In this document: positions 1 to 8,397 of the stretch, in pieces
Numbering within the stretch: position 1 is the stretch's first letter
How the letters are laid out: every line of letters begins with the position of its first letter
Source of the DNA: Ruminococcus albus 7 = DSM 20455
GTDB lineage: Bacteria; Bacillota; Clostridia; Oscillospirales; Ruminococcaceae
NCBI RefSeq assembly: GCF_000179635.2
Contig: NC_014833.1
Coordinates: 1,290,001 to 1,322,000, forward strand
DNA: 32,000 bases
Direction: 5' to 3'
Program-made: the position numbers and the translations under genes
The notes under the pieces: model-generated
What the model saw: the letters and a program-made list of their open reading frames with translations, nothing else
Told to the model about the DNA's origin: nothing
Databases searched by the model: none

Positions 1-503
1 CCCGAATATGTATCTGACGACCAAGTTCGCCAGTTATCATAAAATGGAGCTTTATCTTTTGCGTGAATACTTCCAACGTAATTTGGTTCAACATACACAA
101 GGTAATAACATCTTACATCAGGAGTTTCTATTCCATTACCGCCTTTTATTATTTCTTTCTTTGCTTGAATCGAAATAGCTAAGTTACCATTATTGTCACT
201 GTAAACCTCGATTGCAGTGAATACGGGATAGTCACTATCTTTTTGATATTGCTTGTTAAGACTATCAAGTATTTCGTTTATTTCATTGGGAGTGTTCTCG
301 TCACTAATTATAACTGTACCACTGAGGTTGTAATTTCTGATATATGTTGGGAGTGCATCAAAGTATTCTATGTTTGATTGCAAGCAATTCTCACAATAGC
401 GATATGGAGCGCGATAAATAAATTGAATAATTATAGGTATGGATATTATCGCAATCATCAGTATTATTCCAATAACAAATCGCTGCTTTCGCTTGATTAT
501 CAT
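1..503 (-). CDS. Hypothetical membrane-anchored protein; C-terminus lies outside the window
   Basis: Hand translation of the minus strand from the ATG at 503-501 gives MIIKRKQRFVIGIILMIAIISIPIIIQFIYRAPYRYCENCLQSN... with no stop down to position 1. GGAGG (512-516, minus) lies 8 nt upstream. There is one N-terminal hydrophobic helix. It is absent from the ORF track because it runs off the edge. Confidence 0.6.
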   Translation of the reverse strand, partial: MIIKRKQRFVIGIILMIAIISIPIIIQFIYRAPYRYCENCLQSNIEYFDALPTYIRNYNLSGTVIISDENTPNEINEILDSLNKQYQKDSDYPVFTAIEVYSDNNGNLAISIQAKKEIIKGGNGIETPDVRCYYLVYVEPNYVGSIHAKDKAPFYDNWRTWSSDTYS

Positions 504-572
504 TTCATTAACCTCCATAAACAGTAAAACAGCTATGTTTAGTCCGTATTGAAAGATTACACCTTATGTATA

Positions 573-601
573 ATTATATATCGTCCCCCCGAAAAAGTCA
601 A
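573..601 (-). promoter_or_regulatory. Sigma-A-type promoter for the 1..503 gene
   Basis: The minus strand reads TTGACT (601-596), a 17-nt spacer, then TATAAT (578-573), about 70 nt upstream of the ATG. Confidence 0.5.
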
Positions 602-799
602 CCATAGTAACGACAGTTGCAATCGATTTTATAAGCGGGTCAGAGAAAGTTGTAATAATTATCTGCGTATTAAACAAACAGACCTTGATAATTATGTGTA
701 TTATTCACATAGAATATCGGTCATGGGGTATCTTCCCGCTTGTTTTTATTCGAGTAAGATCATTCAACTAACATGAGTAAAATTCTCCCTATGTTCCTA

Positions 800-828
800 T
801 TGATTAAGATATTGAGATGTGCTATAAT
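800..828 (+). promoter_or_regulatory. Promoter of the WYL regulator gene
   Basis: TTGATT (800-805), a 17-nt spacer, then TATAAT (823-828), with TG at 820-821 forming an extended -10. Confidence 0.5.
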
Positions 829-858
829 ATACCCATAAATTCGGGAGGAGGAATAACG

Positions 859-1902
859 ATGGCAGTTAATGAGCCCAAGAAACTTGCGATAATATACATA
901 CTGAAAGCCCTTGAAAGCCACAGCAGTCCTGAAAAAAGGTATTCACAGCAGCAGATAATTGATCTGGTGTACGATGAATACGGTATGAAGCTTGACCGCA
1001 AGACCATACGACATAATCTATCCATGCTTATCGAAGCAGGTTTTCCGCTGAAATATGAGGAATATCACCGCACAAATAAGGACGGCCAGCAAGAAAATAT
1101 ACTGACCAACTGGTACTACGATCATGAACGTAAGTGGGACGAAAGTGAGCTGAAGGTCATGATCGACAGTCTGCTTTTTTCAAACTATCTTCCTCCGAAA
1201 CAGTGTCATGAGCTGGTGAAAAAGATTGCTGAGCTTGGAGATGAGGGATCTCAAAAACATCTGGCTAATTCTTTTGGTACTGTGCAGCAGCGTCCTGTGA
1301 ATAAGTCACTGTTCTACAATATCTCCGTTCTCAGTGAAGCGATAGCTGCCAGGAAAAAGGTGACATTCCACTACTGCGACTACGACACAGATCTGAAGCT
1401 GCATCCCCGTGCTGACAGTGAAGGCAGTACTAAGCTTTACACCATAAGCCCGTACAAGCTGCTTTCAATGAATGGGAGATACTATATGCTTGGTAAGAAC
1501 GATACCCATGATGACATCAGTACATTCCGTATCGACAGGATAAAAGATATAGAGATGACCAGGATAAATGCTGTATCTGTGCGTGTGATCAAGGGGCTTG
1601 AAAACGGTATCGACCTCGCAGAGTTCACCGCCGAACACCCGAATATGTGGGGCGGTGATGTATGCACCTGTACGTTCATCTGCCCGAGATATATTATGGA
1701 TGATATAGTTGACTGGTTCGGCAGCAGGGCAAATATCCGTCAGCTCGAAAATGATATGCTGGAGATACGTGTGCGTATCAGCGAGAGTGCTATGAAGCAC
1801 TGGGCGATACAGTATGCTGACTGTGTCGAGGTGATATCTCCGAAGCGCGTGAGGGAAGATATTGCCGTAACTCTGAGAGAAGCGGCAGAGAGATATAAGT
1901 GA
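859..1902 (+). CDS. WYL-domain transcriptional regulator (N-terminal winged HTH plus WYL)
   Basis: ORF 817..1902. The preferred start is the ATG at 859 (MAVNEPKK...), preceded by GGAGGAGG. The N-terminus looks like a DNA-binding HTH. The central segment VTFHYCDY...YTISPYKLLSMNGRYYMLGKND...FRIDRI is the typical WYL-domain pattern. Confidence 0.8.
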   Translation: MAVNEPKKLAIIYILKALESHSSPEKRYSQQQIIDLVYDEYGMKLDRKTIRHNLSMLIEAGFPLKYEEYHRTNKDGQQENILTNWYYDHERKWDESELKVMIDSLLFSNYLPPKQCHELVKKIAELGDEGSQKHLANSFGTVQQRPVNKSLFYNISVLSEAIAARKKVTFHYCDYDTDLKLHPRADSEGSTKLYTISPYKLLSMNGRYYMLGKNDTHDDISTFRIDRIKDIEMTRINAVSVRVIKGLENGIDLAEFTAEHPNMWGGDVCTCTFICPRYIMDDIVDWFGSRANIRQLENDMLEIRVRISESAMKHWAIQYADCVEVISPKRVREDIAVTLREAAERYK

Positions 1903-1919
1903 GAAATTGATATCAACTA

Positions 1920-2012
1920 CACCGCCGCTTTTTTACCCATCTTATATGTTATACTATATACCGAAGATGAAAAAGCTTCGGTATATTTTTTATCATTGAA
2001 AGGAGCGCACAT
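1920..2012 (+). promoter_or_regulatory. Repeated promoter/palindrome cassette, copy A, upstream of the LRR gene
   Basis: Extended -10 TGtTATACT (1947-1955), followed by the 10-bp inverted repeat TATACCGAAG/CTTCGGTATA (1957-1985), a T-run (1986-1991) and SD AAAGGAG. It is near-identical to 5013-5104. Confidence 0.5.
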
Positions 2013-2981
2013 ATGGGATTTATTATCAACGGAGATTTCCTCGAAAAGTACACCAAAGAAGAGGGCGTGACAAGGGCGGTCATTCCCGAGGGCGTTAAGG
2101 ACATCAGGTATCATGCTTTCGATGATCGTGACGAACTTACTTCCATTCATATCCCCAACAGCCTCTACCCCTGGGAAGAAGGCGAAATTAATTTTGGTCT
2201 GTGGAACTGCGACGAGCTTGTTGAGATAACTGCAAACGAAGATAATCCCAACTATGTAAGCGTGAACGGCGTTCTGTACAGCAGGGACATGACCGCGCTG
2301 ATACGCTGTCCGAACGCTATCGATACGAAACGATTCGTGATACCAGATACGGTGATCGATATACTTGATGACGCTCTCGCAGGGTGCTATAACATCGAGG
2401 AGATCGTCATTCCGTCTTCGGTAAAGCTGATCTGTCCCGGTGCCTTTACTGATTGTTCTTCATTAAAAAAGGTAGTGTTCCCGAAATATATGCCCTTTTC
2501 TATCAACGACGATATGTTCATGTTTTGTACTGCTCTGGAAGAGATAACCATTCCCGCAGGAGTTACTTCATTATATACGCAGGTCTTTAACGGCTGTACA
2601 TCGCTGAAAAAGATCACCATTGGAAAAGATGTGGAAGATTTCGACGATCTTTCATTAAGTGCGCCTGCTCTTGAAGAGTTTGAAGTTGACCTGTTCAACC
2701 AGCACTACACCAGCAGTGACGGCCTTCTTTACAATAATGAAAAGACTATCCTGCTGAGATGCCCCGTGGAAAAAAGCGGTGATATCATCATTCCCGAAAG
2801 CGTCACGCAGATAGGTGATGAGCATTCATTCGGTGGATTTGTTGGCTGCCGCAAGGTGAAGACTATCTACGTGCCCGCAAGTGTGAAGCGTATCCTAAAT
2901 GATGCTTTCAGAGACTGCTCTGCAAAAGTGACCTACGAAGACAAGGATTCCATTGAGTTTTTTAAGGCGGAGAGGTTTTGA
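2013..2981 (+). CDS. Leucine-rich-repeat protein (BspA/LRR_5-like), no obvious signal peptide
   Basis: 322-aa ORF with SD AAAGGAG. It contains repeated units of about 23 aa of the type IP.sV..I...AF.gC.sL..i.i (for example FNGCTSLKKITIGKDV, AFTDCSSLKKVVFP). Confidence 0.8.
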   Translation: MGFIINGDFLEKYTKEEGVTRAVIPEGVKDIRYHAFDDRDELTSIHIPNSLYPWEEGEINFGLWNCDELVEITANEDNPNYVSVNGVLYSRDMTALIRCPNAIDTKRFVIPDTVIDILDDALAGCYNIEEIVIPSSVKLICPGAFTDCSSLKKVVFPKYMPFSINDDMFMFCTALEEITIPAGVTSLYTQVFNGCTSLKKITIGKDVEDFDDLSLSAPALEEFEVDLFNQHYTSSDGLLYNNEKTILLRCPVEKSGDIIIPESVTQIGDEHSFGGFVGCRKVKTIYVPASVKRILNDAFRDCSAKVTYEDKDSIEFFKAERF

Positions 2982-3021
2982 TATTTAAAATTTGTTATAT
3001 ATTTGAATTTGTTTATTTACG

Positions 3022-3050
3022 TTGACTTTTGTTTGCGGGTATGGTATAAT
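3022..3050 (+). promoter_or_regulatory. Promoter of the 3107..3907 gene
   Basis: TTGACT (3022-3027), a 17-nt spacer, then TATAAT (3045-3050). Confidence 0.5.
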
Positions 3051-3106
3051 AGGGTTATAGCTTAGGCCTTGGACGTAGAGTTTGAAATATGAATGGAGGG
3101 ATTATA

Positions 3107-3907
3107 ATGGATACCCATGAGAAAAATCGTATTATCTTTAATGAAGCAAAAAAATACTTGGAGCAAAATGCAAATTCGTTGAAATATCAGCAATACTTTA
3201 TTATGCCTAAAACTGATACATTAGAAGAAGCATTCGAAGTAGCTGTTAGTTCCGTCAGAGATATTACCGTTATTAGTGGTGTTATACATTATAACGAAAA
3301 CTATTCAATAATCAAGGAATGCCTATTTGATTTTGATTATAAGAAAGTTCTTAATCAATACGGCTCTGGAAAAGACGAACGCTATCAAAAGCTTTATAGA
3401 CTTTTTCGTGACAAAATAATTTCAGACGGAGAAGATACCCCAAATAATTCTTGGTGTAAATTTGCAAGAAACATATGTGGAGTAGCAGACTATCTTTCTA
3501 ACTTTAATTCCATTGAAGAATTGCTTTGCTATTTAAATCAACCCAATAATACTGATGAAAGAATACAGCTTGCGAAAGAAATCGTTTCTCGAAATATTTT
3601 TCTTTGGAAATTTAAAATGGTATGTAATTGGTTAAAAGACATTGGAGCAAATGGTTTTGCAAAACCTGATAATGTTTTAACTTATATTATGACAGGACTT
3701 AAATTAGCAGATGATAATGACGAATCTGTATTTAAGGCAGTGAATTTAATGGCTGAAGATACAAATACATCTGTTTTTATTATAGATAGAGTTCTTTGGC
3801 TTATAGGAACAAGTGATGCATCTGTAATAAAGGAGATTGAAAGAAAAAGAGGAAGTAATAAAGAAGATTTTGTTAAAATTGTGTTGAGCAAGATAAACGA
3901 TAATTAA
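3107..3907 (+). CDS. Hypothetical protein (family not recognised)
   Basis: ORF 3089..3907. The ATG at 3107 (MDTHEKN...) is preferred because GGAGGG lies 6-7 nt upstream. The gene has its own promoter, and its original terminator appears to be at 4969-5002, beyond the IS. Confidence 0.6.
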   Translation: MDTHEKNRIIFNEAKKYLEQNANSLKYQQYFIMPKTDTLEEAFEVAVSSVRDITVISGVIHYNENYSIIKECLFDFDYKKVLNQYGSGKDERYQKLYRLFRDKIISDGEDTPNNSWCKFARNICGVADYLSNFNSIEELLCYLNQPNNTDERIQLAKEIVSRNIFLWKFKMVCNWLKDIGANGFAKPDNVLTYIMTGLKLADDNDESVFKAVNLMAEDTNTSVFIIDRVLWLIGTSDASVIKEIERKRGSNKEDFVKIVLSKINDN

Positions 3908-3909
3908 TT

Positions 3910-4931
3910 ATGGTTATCCCTTTAACACACCACAAGTAAGATCACTGCACCAAAGCAGCCAAAAGCCTTAAATACGCACTGTTTCCCAGCTTACGACGGT
4001 TGAATTTGTAGCAGTATTCGGCAGCATATAACGCTGTGTGGATCTTTTCGTTTCCGTGGTAAGTTCCCATGATCATTGCTTTGAAGTTTGATATAACTTT
4101 ATGCATCCAGTTCAGCTGACCGCTTGTCGGATCATATGTTTCAAAAACATGGAAGTATTTCTGTGCCAACGGTTTCTTGTAACTTCGAGCATTATCACTC
4201 TCGATCTTCGAGCCTGCGCGGATATTATCCCTGGCAAATCTACCAACAGTTATACCCTTTAAATTCGGCACATCGCTCATTTTAACGTACTCGGGATTTC
4301 CTGCTGCGTTCTTTGACAAAGCTACTATCATCTTGACTTTTTCAGTTCCTCTGCCACGCTTTTTACCGTGAGTCGGAGCACCGAGATACGTGTCATCAAG
4401 TTCAACGATCCCGTCAAGCAAATAGCGTTCTTCACGGCATTTCATAGCTTTTCTGATGCGATGAAGGATGTACCATGCAGTCTTGTAGGTCACCCCCAAA
4501 GACCTCATCAGCGTAACAGCAGAAACGCTGCATTTGTTGCTCATAATGAGGAATGCGGTGACTATCCACAGTCTGAGCGGAATATGTGTTCTGTGCATAA
4601 AAGTTCCGTTTGTGGCGGATATATCTGCTTTACAGAACTTGCATCGCAGCAGATGGCGTGACCTTATCCTGCGGTACTCAGAGCCACCGCAAAACGGGCA
4701 GGCAAAACCCTTTTCAAAGCGGATATCAAGCAGAAAATCCTTGCAAAAGCTTTCATCTGCGAACTTTGAGTATATCCCATCAAGTGTGATCTCAGGTTTC
4801 GGAAATCTTTTTGACATAGCGACAGCTCCCTTCGGTTTCTGTCACTATTATACTATATTTTCTGAGTTTTGAGGTCTGTTTATTTGGACAGCATTGTAAA
4901 TTATCTGTGGTGTGTTAAAGGGATAACCATG
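3910..4931 (-). mobile_element. IS1595-family insertion sequence, intact
   Basis: Terminal inverted repeats TGGTTATCCCTTTAACACACCACA (3911-3934) and their reverse complement (4907-4930). A single transposase ORF lies inside. The element is flanked by the direct repeat TAATTAATT (3901-3909 and 4932-4940). Confidence 0.85.
3942..4817 (-). CDS. IS1595-family transposase (N-terminal Zn-ribbon plus DDE domain)
   Basis: 291 aa. Contains CPFCGGSEY...CKFCKAD (transposase zinc ribbon) and an ISXO2-like DDE core (VELDDTY...IESDNARSY). Confidence 0.9.
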   Translation of the reverse strand: MSKRFPKPEITLDGIYSKFADESFCKDFLLDIRFEKGFACPFCGGSEYRRIRSRHLLRCKFCKADISATNGTFMHRTHIPLRLWIVTAFLIMSNKCSVSAVTLMRSLGVTYKTAWYILHRIRKAMKCREERYLLDGIVELDDTYLGAPTHGKKRGRGTEKVKMIVALSKNAAGNPEYVKMSDVPNLKGITVGRFARDNIRAGSKIESDNARSYKKPLAQKYFHVFETYDPTSGQLNWMHKVISNFKAMIMGTYHGNEKIHTALYAAEYCYKFNRRKLGNSAYLRLLAALVQ

Positions 4932-4968
4932 TAATTAATTATAAGGTATAAAGAATTTATAAGTTAAA

Positions 4969-5002
4969 GGGAACAGACAATTTGCTGTTCCCTGATTTTT
5001 TT
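4969..5002 (+). terminator. Rho-independent terminator, probably the original terminator of 3107..3907 displaced by the IS
   Basis: Stem GGGAACAG/CTGTTCCC (4969-4992), followed by TGA and a T7 run (4996-5002). Confidence 0.6.
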
Positions 5003-5012
5003 AGAGCAAACA

Positions 5013-5104
5013 CACCGCCGCTTTTCTCCCCATCCCATATGATATACTATATACCGAAGCCGAAAATGCTTCGGTATATTTTTCACCCGAAAGGAGCAAA
5101 AATC
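5013..5104 (+). promoter_or_regulatory. Repeated promoter/palindrome cassette, copy B, upstream of the esterase operon
   Basis: Extended -10 TGaTATACT (5040-5048), inverted repeat TATACCGAAGC/GCTTCGGTATA (5050-5078), a T-run and SD AAAGGAG. By hand alignment 63 of 71 positions are identical to copy A. Confidence 0.5.
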
Positions 5105-5602
5105 ATGCGTATACTTAATATCCACGGCTACAACGGAAGCCCCGAGAACAGCGCTTATAAGGCGCTTGCAAAACTTGGTCACGAGATCATTTCACCCGCT
5201 TTTGACTATGAAAACGAGTCGCCCGACGATATCATGGGCAGGCTTAGCAGGTTCGCCGATGACGAGCAGCCAGATATCATTGTCGGCACAAGTCTGGGAG
5301 GTTTTTATGCGGCGGCGCTGTCCGTGAAAAGTGATCTCCCCGTGATACTGGTGAATCCGTTCCTCATGGCTTTTCTGGCTTTTCCCGAGTATACAAAATA
5401 CATGATAGGACTGTTCGGTGAGTTTTCAAAGCTCAAAAGCGAAAAAGTCAGCTGTATCGTAGGTTCGCAGGATGAAGTGCTGGGAGATCACACGTTCACC
5501 AAAGATCTTCTGAATTATCAACGTTTTCGCATCATCGAGGGCGGCGGACATTCGGGTGCTACGCTTCCTCTGGATGAATATTTCAGTGAGGTGATCAAAT
5601 AA
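5105..5602 (+). CDS. YqiA/UPF0227-like alpha/beta-hydrolase (esterase)
   Basis: The preferred start is the ATG at 5105 (MRILNIHGYNGSPENSAY...) after AAAGGAG. It has the nucleophile elbow GTSLGG and a C-terminal GGGH. The longer track ORF (4982) begins inside the regulatory cassette. Confidence 0.75.
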   Translation: MRILNIHGYNGSPENSAYKALAKLGHEIISPAFDYENESPDDIMGRLSRFADDEQPDIIVGTSLGGFYAAALSVKSDLPVILVNPFLMAFLAFPEYTKYMIGLFGEFSKLKSEKVSCIVGSQDEVLGDHTFTKDLLNYQRFRIIEGGGHSGATLPLDEYFSEVIK

Positions 5603-5604
5603 CC

Positions 5605-5934
5605 TTGAAAAAAGGAGTGTTCTGGCTGATAAACGGCGAACTGCTGACTTTCCCTTTTGACGGAAAATACCCCGAGGGCACAGCAAAGTCGGGGGACACT
5701 TACAATCATCAAAAACTGTGGGAAATAATCCGACCCAAGGACTGTAAAAAGCTTTTTGACTATTACCCGCGGGGCAGAGTTGACATTTCAAACAAAGGCA
5801 AAGCTGTGATCTATATGAGCGTGCATATCGGCGAAGAGTTTGTTCCGAAGATAAAGTCAGCCTTTGAGATTTCGGGCGATGCCGTTATCAGATATGACCA
5901 CTGCAGACATTATATGTGCTATCTCGACAGGTGA
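5605..5934 (+). CDS. Hypothetical 109-aa protein
   Basis: TTG start 2 nt after the esterase stop, with GAGGTGA upstream. It is tightly packed between two genes on the same strand. No family recognised. Confidence 0.5.
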   Translation: MKKGVFWLINGELLTFPFDGKYPEGTAKSGDTYNHQKLWEIIRPKDCKKLFDYYPRGRVDISNKGKAVIYMSVHIGEEFVPKIKSAFEISGDAVIRYDHCRHYMCYLDR

Positions 5935-5949
5935 ATTGAGGAGGATAAT

Positions 5950-6888
5950 ATGAACGTGACCATACTTTCCCGCAAGCAGGCAGAAGAACTTATCGCCGAT
6001 GGCAGATTTCCCGAAAACAGCGCTGTTATTAGCTTTTACGATCCTCAGGAATATGCAACCGATGGTTACAGCCGTGTAGATTTCAGCCGCATAAATACAG
6101 AAGTTTTCTATGTTGAAGCCCCCGATATCGACTGGGATAGTTTTGAAAATATATCACCCGCTGAAGTCAGACTGATAAAAGATATTTCCGAACTTGCAGA
6201 CTTTATCTATGCTGCATTTGATCAAGATAAAAATATTATCTGCCAATGCGATTTCGGTCAAAGCCGAAGCGCAGGCTGTGCTGCCGCGATAATGGAACAT
6301 TTTAATTCGTCAGGCAAAACCATATTTGAGGATAGAAAATATTTTCCGAACCAGATGATATTCGCCGAAGTTTTACATGCGCTGATACGAAAGAAACGAG
6401 AAATGAAAGGAAATAAAGCTCAGATGAAAGTATATATCTATTCCCGTGAACAAGCCGAGAAAATGATAGCAGAAAATCGGTTCCCGACAAATACCGCTGT
6501 TATCAGTTTTTACGATCCTGCCATTAAGCACATCAACAAGAATTACACCCATATCGATTACAGCGGAGTCTGCGATATGGTATTTTACAGCGAACTTGAT
6601 GACCTGGATATCGATGTGCTTGGCAACAAGGGTTATACTTTTGAGAGCTATTTTTCCGAAGCCGATGACATGGCTGCGTTTGTTAAAAAAGCTTTCGAGT
6701 GCGGGCGGGATATCGTCTGCCAGTGCGAATATGGTCAAAGCCGAAGCGCAGGCTGTGCTGCGGCTATTCTGGAACATTTCTATCATACTGGCATAACAGT
6801 GTTTGCGGATTATGCGCGGTTCCCTAATCAGCTGGTGTTCAATAAGCTGTTTGAGGCGTTGGAAAAGACAGAAAAGGGAGTTATATAA
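5950..6888 (+). CDS. Tandem-duplicated CX5R (protein-tyrosine/dual-specificity phosphatase-like) protein
   Basis: SD GAGGAGGA. The two halves are homologous, each with AVISFYDP...D.D and a P-loop-like motif: CQCDFGQSRSAGCAAAI and CQCEYGQSRSAGCAAAI (C-x5-R-S). Confidence 0.7.
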   Translation: MNVTILSRKQAEELIADGRFPENSAVISFYDPQEYATDGYSRVDFSRINTEVFYVEAPDIDWDSFENISPAEVRLIKDISELADFIYAAFDQDKNIICQCDFGQSRSAGCAAAIMEHFNSSGKTIFEDRKYFPNQMIFAEVLHALIRKKREMKGNKAQMKVYIYSREQAEKMIAENRFPTNTAVISFYDPAIKHINKNYTHIDYSGVCDMVFYSELDDLDIDVLGNKGYTFESYFSEADDMAAFVKKAFECGRDIVCQCEYGQSRSAGCAAAILEHFYHTGITVFADYARFPNQLVFNKLFEALEKTEKGVI

Positions 6889-6970
6889 CAAAAGAATTCC
6901 TTGATCAGACAGAATACTATCTCACTGCGAATATAGATTTCAGTTCATATATGGAATAATTGGCCGGCTT

Positions 6971-7012
6971 AACAGCAATACGATCAAAAGTGACCGTATT
7001 GCTGTTTTTTTT
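6971..7012. terminator. Bidirectional rho-independent terminator
   Basis: 12-bp stem AACAGCAATACG/CGTATTGCTGTT followed by a T8 run. It sits between convergent genes ending at 6888 (+) and 7015 (-). Confidence 0.7.
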
Positions 7013-7014
7013 GC

Positions 7015-7188
7015 CTATCTTCTCATAATAAAATCAATAACACTATACTTATATATCCTCCACCTGTTGCCGATCTTGAATCCCTCCAGCTCACCTGAAT
7101 GAAGATATTTCAGCATAGAATTTTTCCCAATTTTAAGAAGCTGCATACACTCCTTGGGGGTAAGGATATCAGGTACTTTTTCAAACAT
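7015..7188 (-). CDS. Small HTH DNA-binding protein (excisionase/MerR-like HTH_17 type), 57 aa
   Basis: Below the track's size cutoff. Hand translation gives MFEKVPDILTPKECMQLLKIGKNSMLKYLHSGELEGFKIGNRWRIYKYSVIDFIMRR. SD AAAGGAG lies upstream and the stop is TAG at 7017-7015. Confidence 0.7.
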   Translation of the reverse strand: MFEKVPDILTPKECMQLLKIGKNSMLKYLHSGELEGFKIGNRWRIYKYSVIDFIMRR

Positions 7189-7351
7189 GATAAAACTCCT
7201 TTCGCATGAAAAATGTTGGTTTAAAACGGTTTGTTATGTGTTATTTAAGTGTTCAATAAACTGTACACTATTAAAATCGCATAACGAGTTTTTACAGCTA
7301 TACATTATCCTTTTGTAAACCATTGGTTTAACTGAAAAGGAGGTTTTAATA

Positions 7352-7447
7352 ATGAAAACAAAAGGTATCATGATGCTGATCGGTTCGGTGCTGATGAATA
7401 TAACAGGCAGACTGATCATCAACGCAGTAAAGAAGAAGGTGAGATGA
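7352..7447 (+). CDS. Possible 31-aa hydrophobic peptide, translationally coupled to the exonuclease gene
   Basis: AAAGGAGG lies 7 nt upstream of the ATG. Sequence is MKTKGIMMLIGSVLMNITGRLIINAVKKKVR. Its stop overlaps the next ATG (ATGA at 7444-7447). Confidence 0.4.
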   Translation: MKTKGIMMLIGSVLMNITGRLIINAVKKKVR

Positions 7448-8397
7448 ACATGAATGCAAAAGTATTTGCAGACACATCTTCAATGAGCCGTGAGGAGTGG
7501 CTGAAATACCGTACAATGGGTATAGGCGGCTCGGACGTTTCTGTTATCGCAGGGATAAATCCCTATCGTTCGGTTTTCCAGCTGTGGCTGGAAAAGACAG
7601 GTCAGACCGAGCCATGCGAAAGCGGCAACGAGTGTACACATTTTGGTACAGTTCTTGAACCCATAGTAAAGCAGGAATTTACCGAAAGAACAGGTATAGC
7701 AGTAGCTGAGCCTAAGTACATCTTTCAGCACCCCGACTATCCCTTCATGTTCGCAAACCTTGACGGTGTAGTCAACGTTGACGGAGAAGACTGTATCTTT
7801 GAAGCAAAGACAGCATCAGCCTACAAACAGAACGAGTGGAACACAGGCGTACCGCCCGAGTATATGCTGCAGATACAGCACTATATGGCGGTGACAGGAC
7901 TGAAGAAGACCTACATAGCCGCTCTTATCGGCGGTAATCATTTCGTGTATAAGACAGTTGAGCGTGACGATGAGATGATCGCTGAGATCATCGAAATGGA
8001 ACGCAGATTCTGGGAAGAAAATGTCCTTGGCGGTGAAGAGCCTTTACCCGACGGCTCCGAGGGTACAACATCATGGCTGAGCGAACACTATTCCGAAAGC
8101 AACGGTGAGAGCATCGAACTCCCAGAAGAAACTGTTTTTATTTGTGATGAGTATGAGGATATATCCGAACAGATAGAAGCACTGTCAGCCGAAAAGGATG
8201 CTCTCGGCAACCGCCTGAAAGCTATGCTCAAAAACAATGAGACAGGTCTGGCAGGGAAGTACAGGGTCAGCTGGAAAACAGTAAACTCCTCCCGCTTTGA
8301 CAGCATAAGGTTCAAGGCAGAAAATCCCGAGCTGTACGGTAAATATGTAAAACATTCAAGCTCCCGCAGGTTCGGTATATCCGGAGGTGCTACATGA
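7444..8397 (+). CDS. YqaJ-like viral recombinase exonuclease (PD-(D/E)XK, lambda-Exo-like)
   Basis: N-terminal EEWLKYRTMGIGGSDVSVIAGINPYRSVFQLWLEKTG, then ...NLDGVV...IFEAKT..., typical of the YqaJ family. Confidence 0.85.
   Translation: MNMNAKVFADTSSMSREEWLKYRTMGIGGSDVSVIAGINPYRSVFQLWLEKTGQTEPCESGNECTHFGTVLEPIVKQEFTERTGIAVAEPKYIFQHPDYPFMFANLDGVVNVDGEDCIFEAKTASAYKQNEWNTGVPPEYMLQIQHYMAVTGLKKTYIAALIGGNHFVYKTVERDDEMIAEIIEMERRFWEENVLGGEEPLPDGSEGTTSWLSEHYSESNGESIELPEETVFICDEYEDISEQIEALSAEKDALGNRLKAMLKNNETGLAGKYRVSWKTVNSSRFDSIRFKAENPELYGKYVKHSSSRRFGISGGAT

Noticed and set aside
549-776. 75-aa ORF with a TTG start
   Set aside because: It has no SD. It overlaps the divergent promoter region between the 1..503 gene and the WYL gene, and its composition looks non-coding.
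4368-4872. Plus-strand ORFs (97 and 112 aa) inside the IS1595 element
   Set aside because: They are antisense to a well-supported transposase gene and have no SD. Similar antisense ORFs within cas3, cas8c, cas7c, cas1, tnpC, the amidoligase and other genes were rejected for the same reason.
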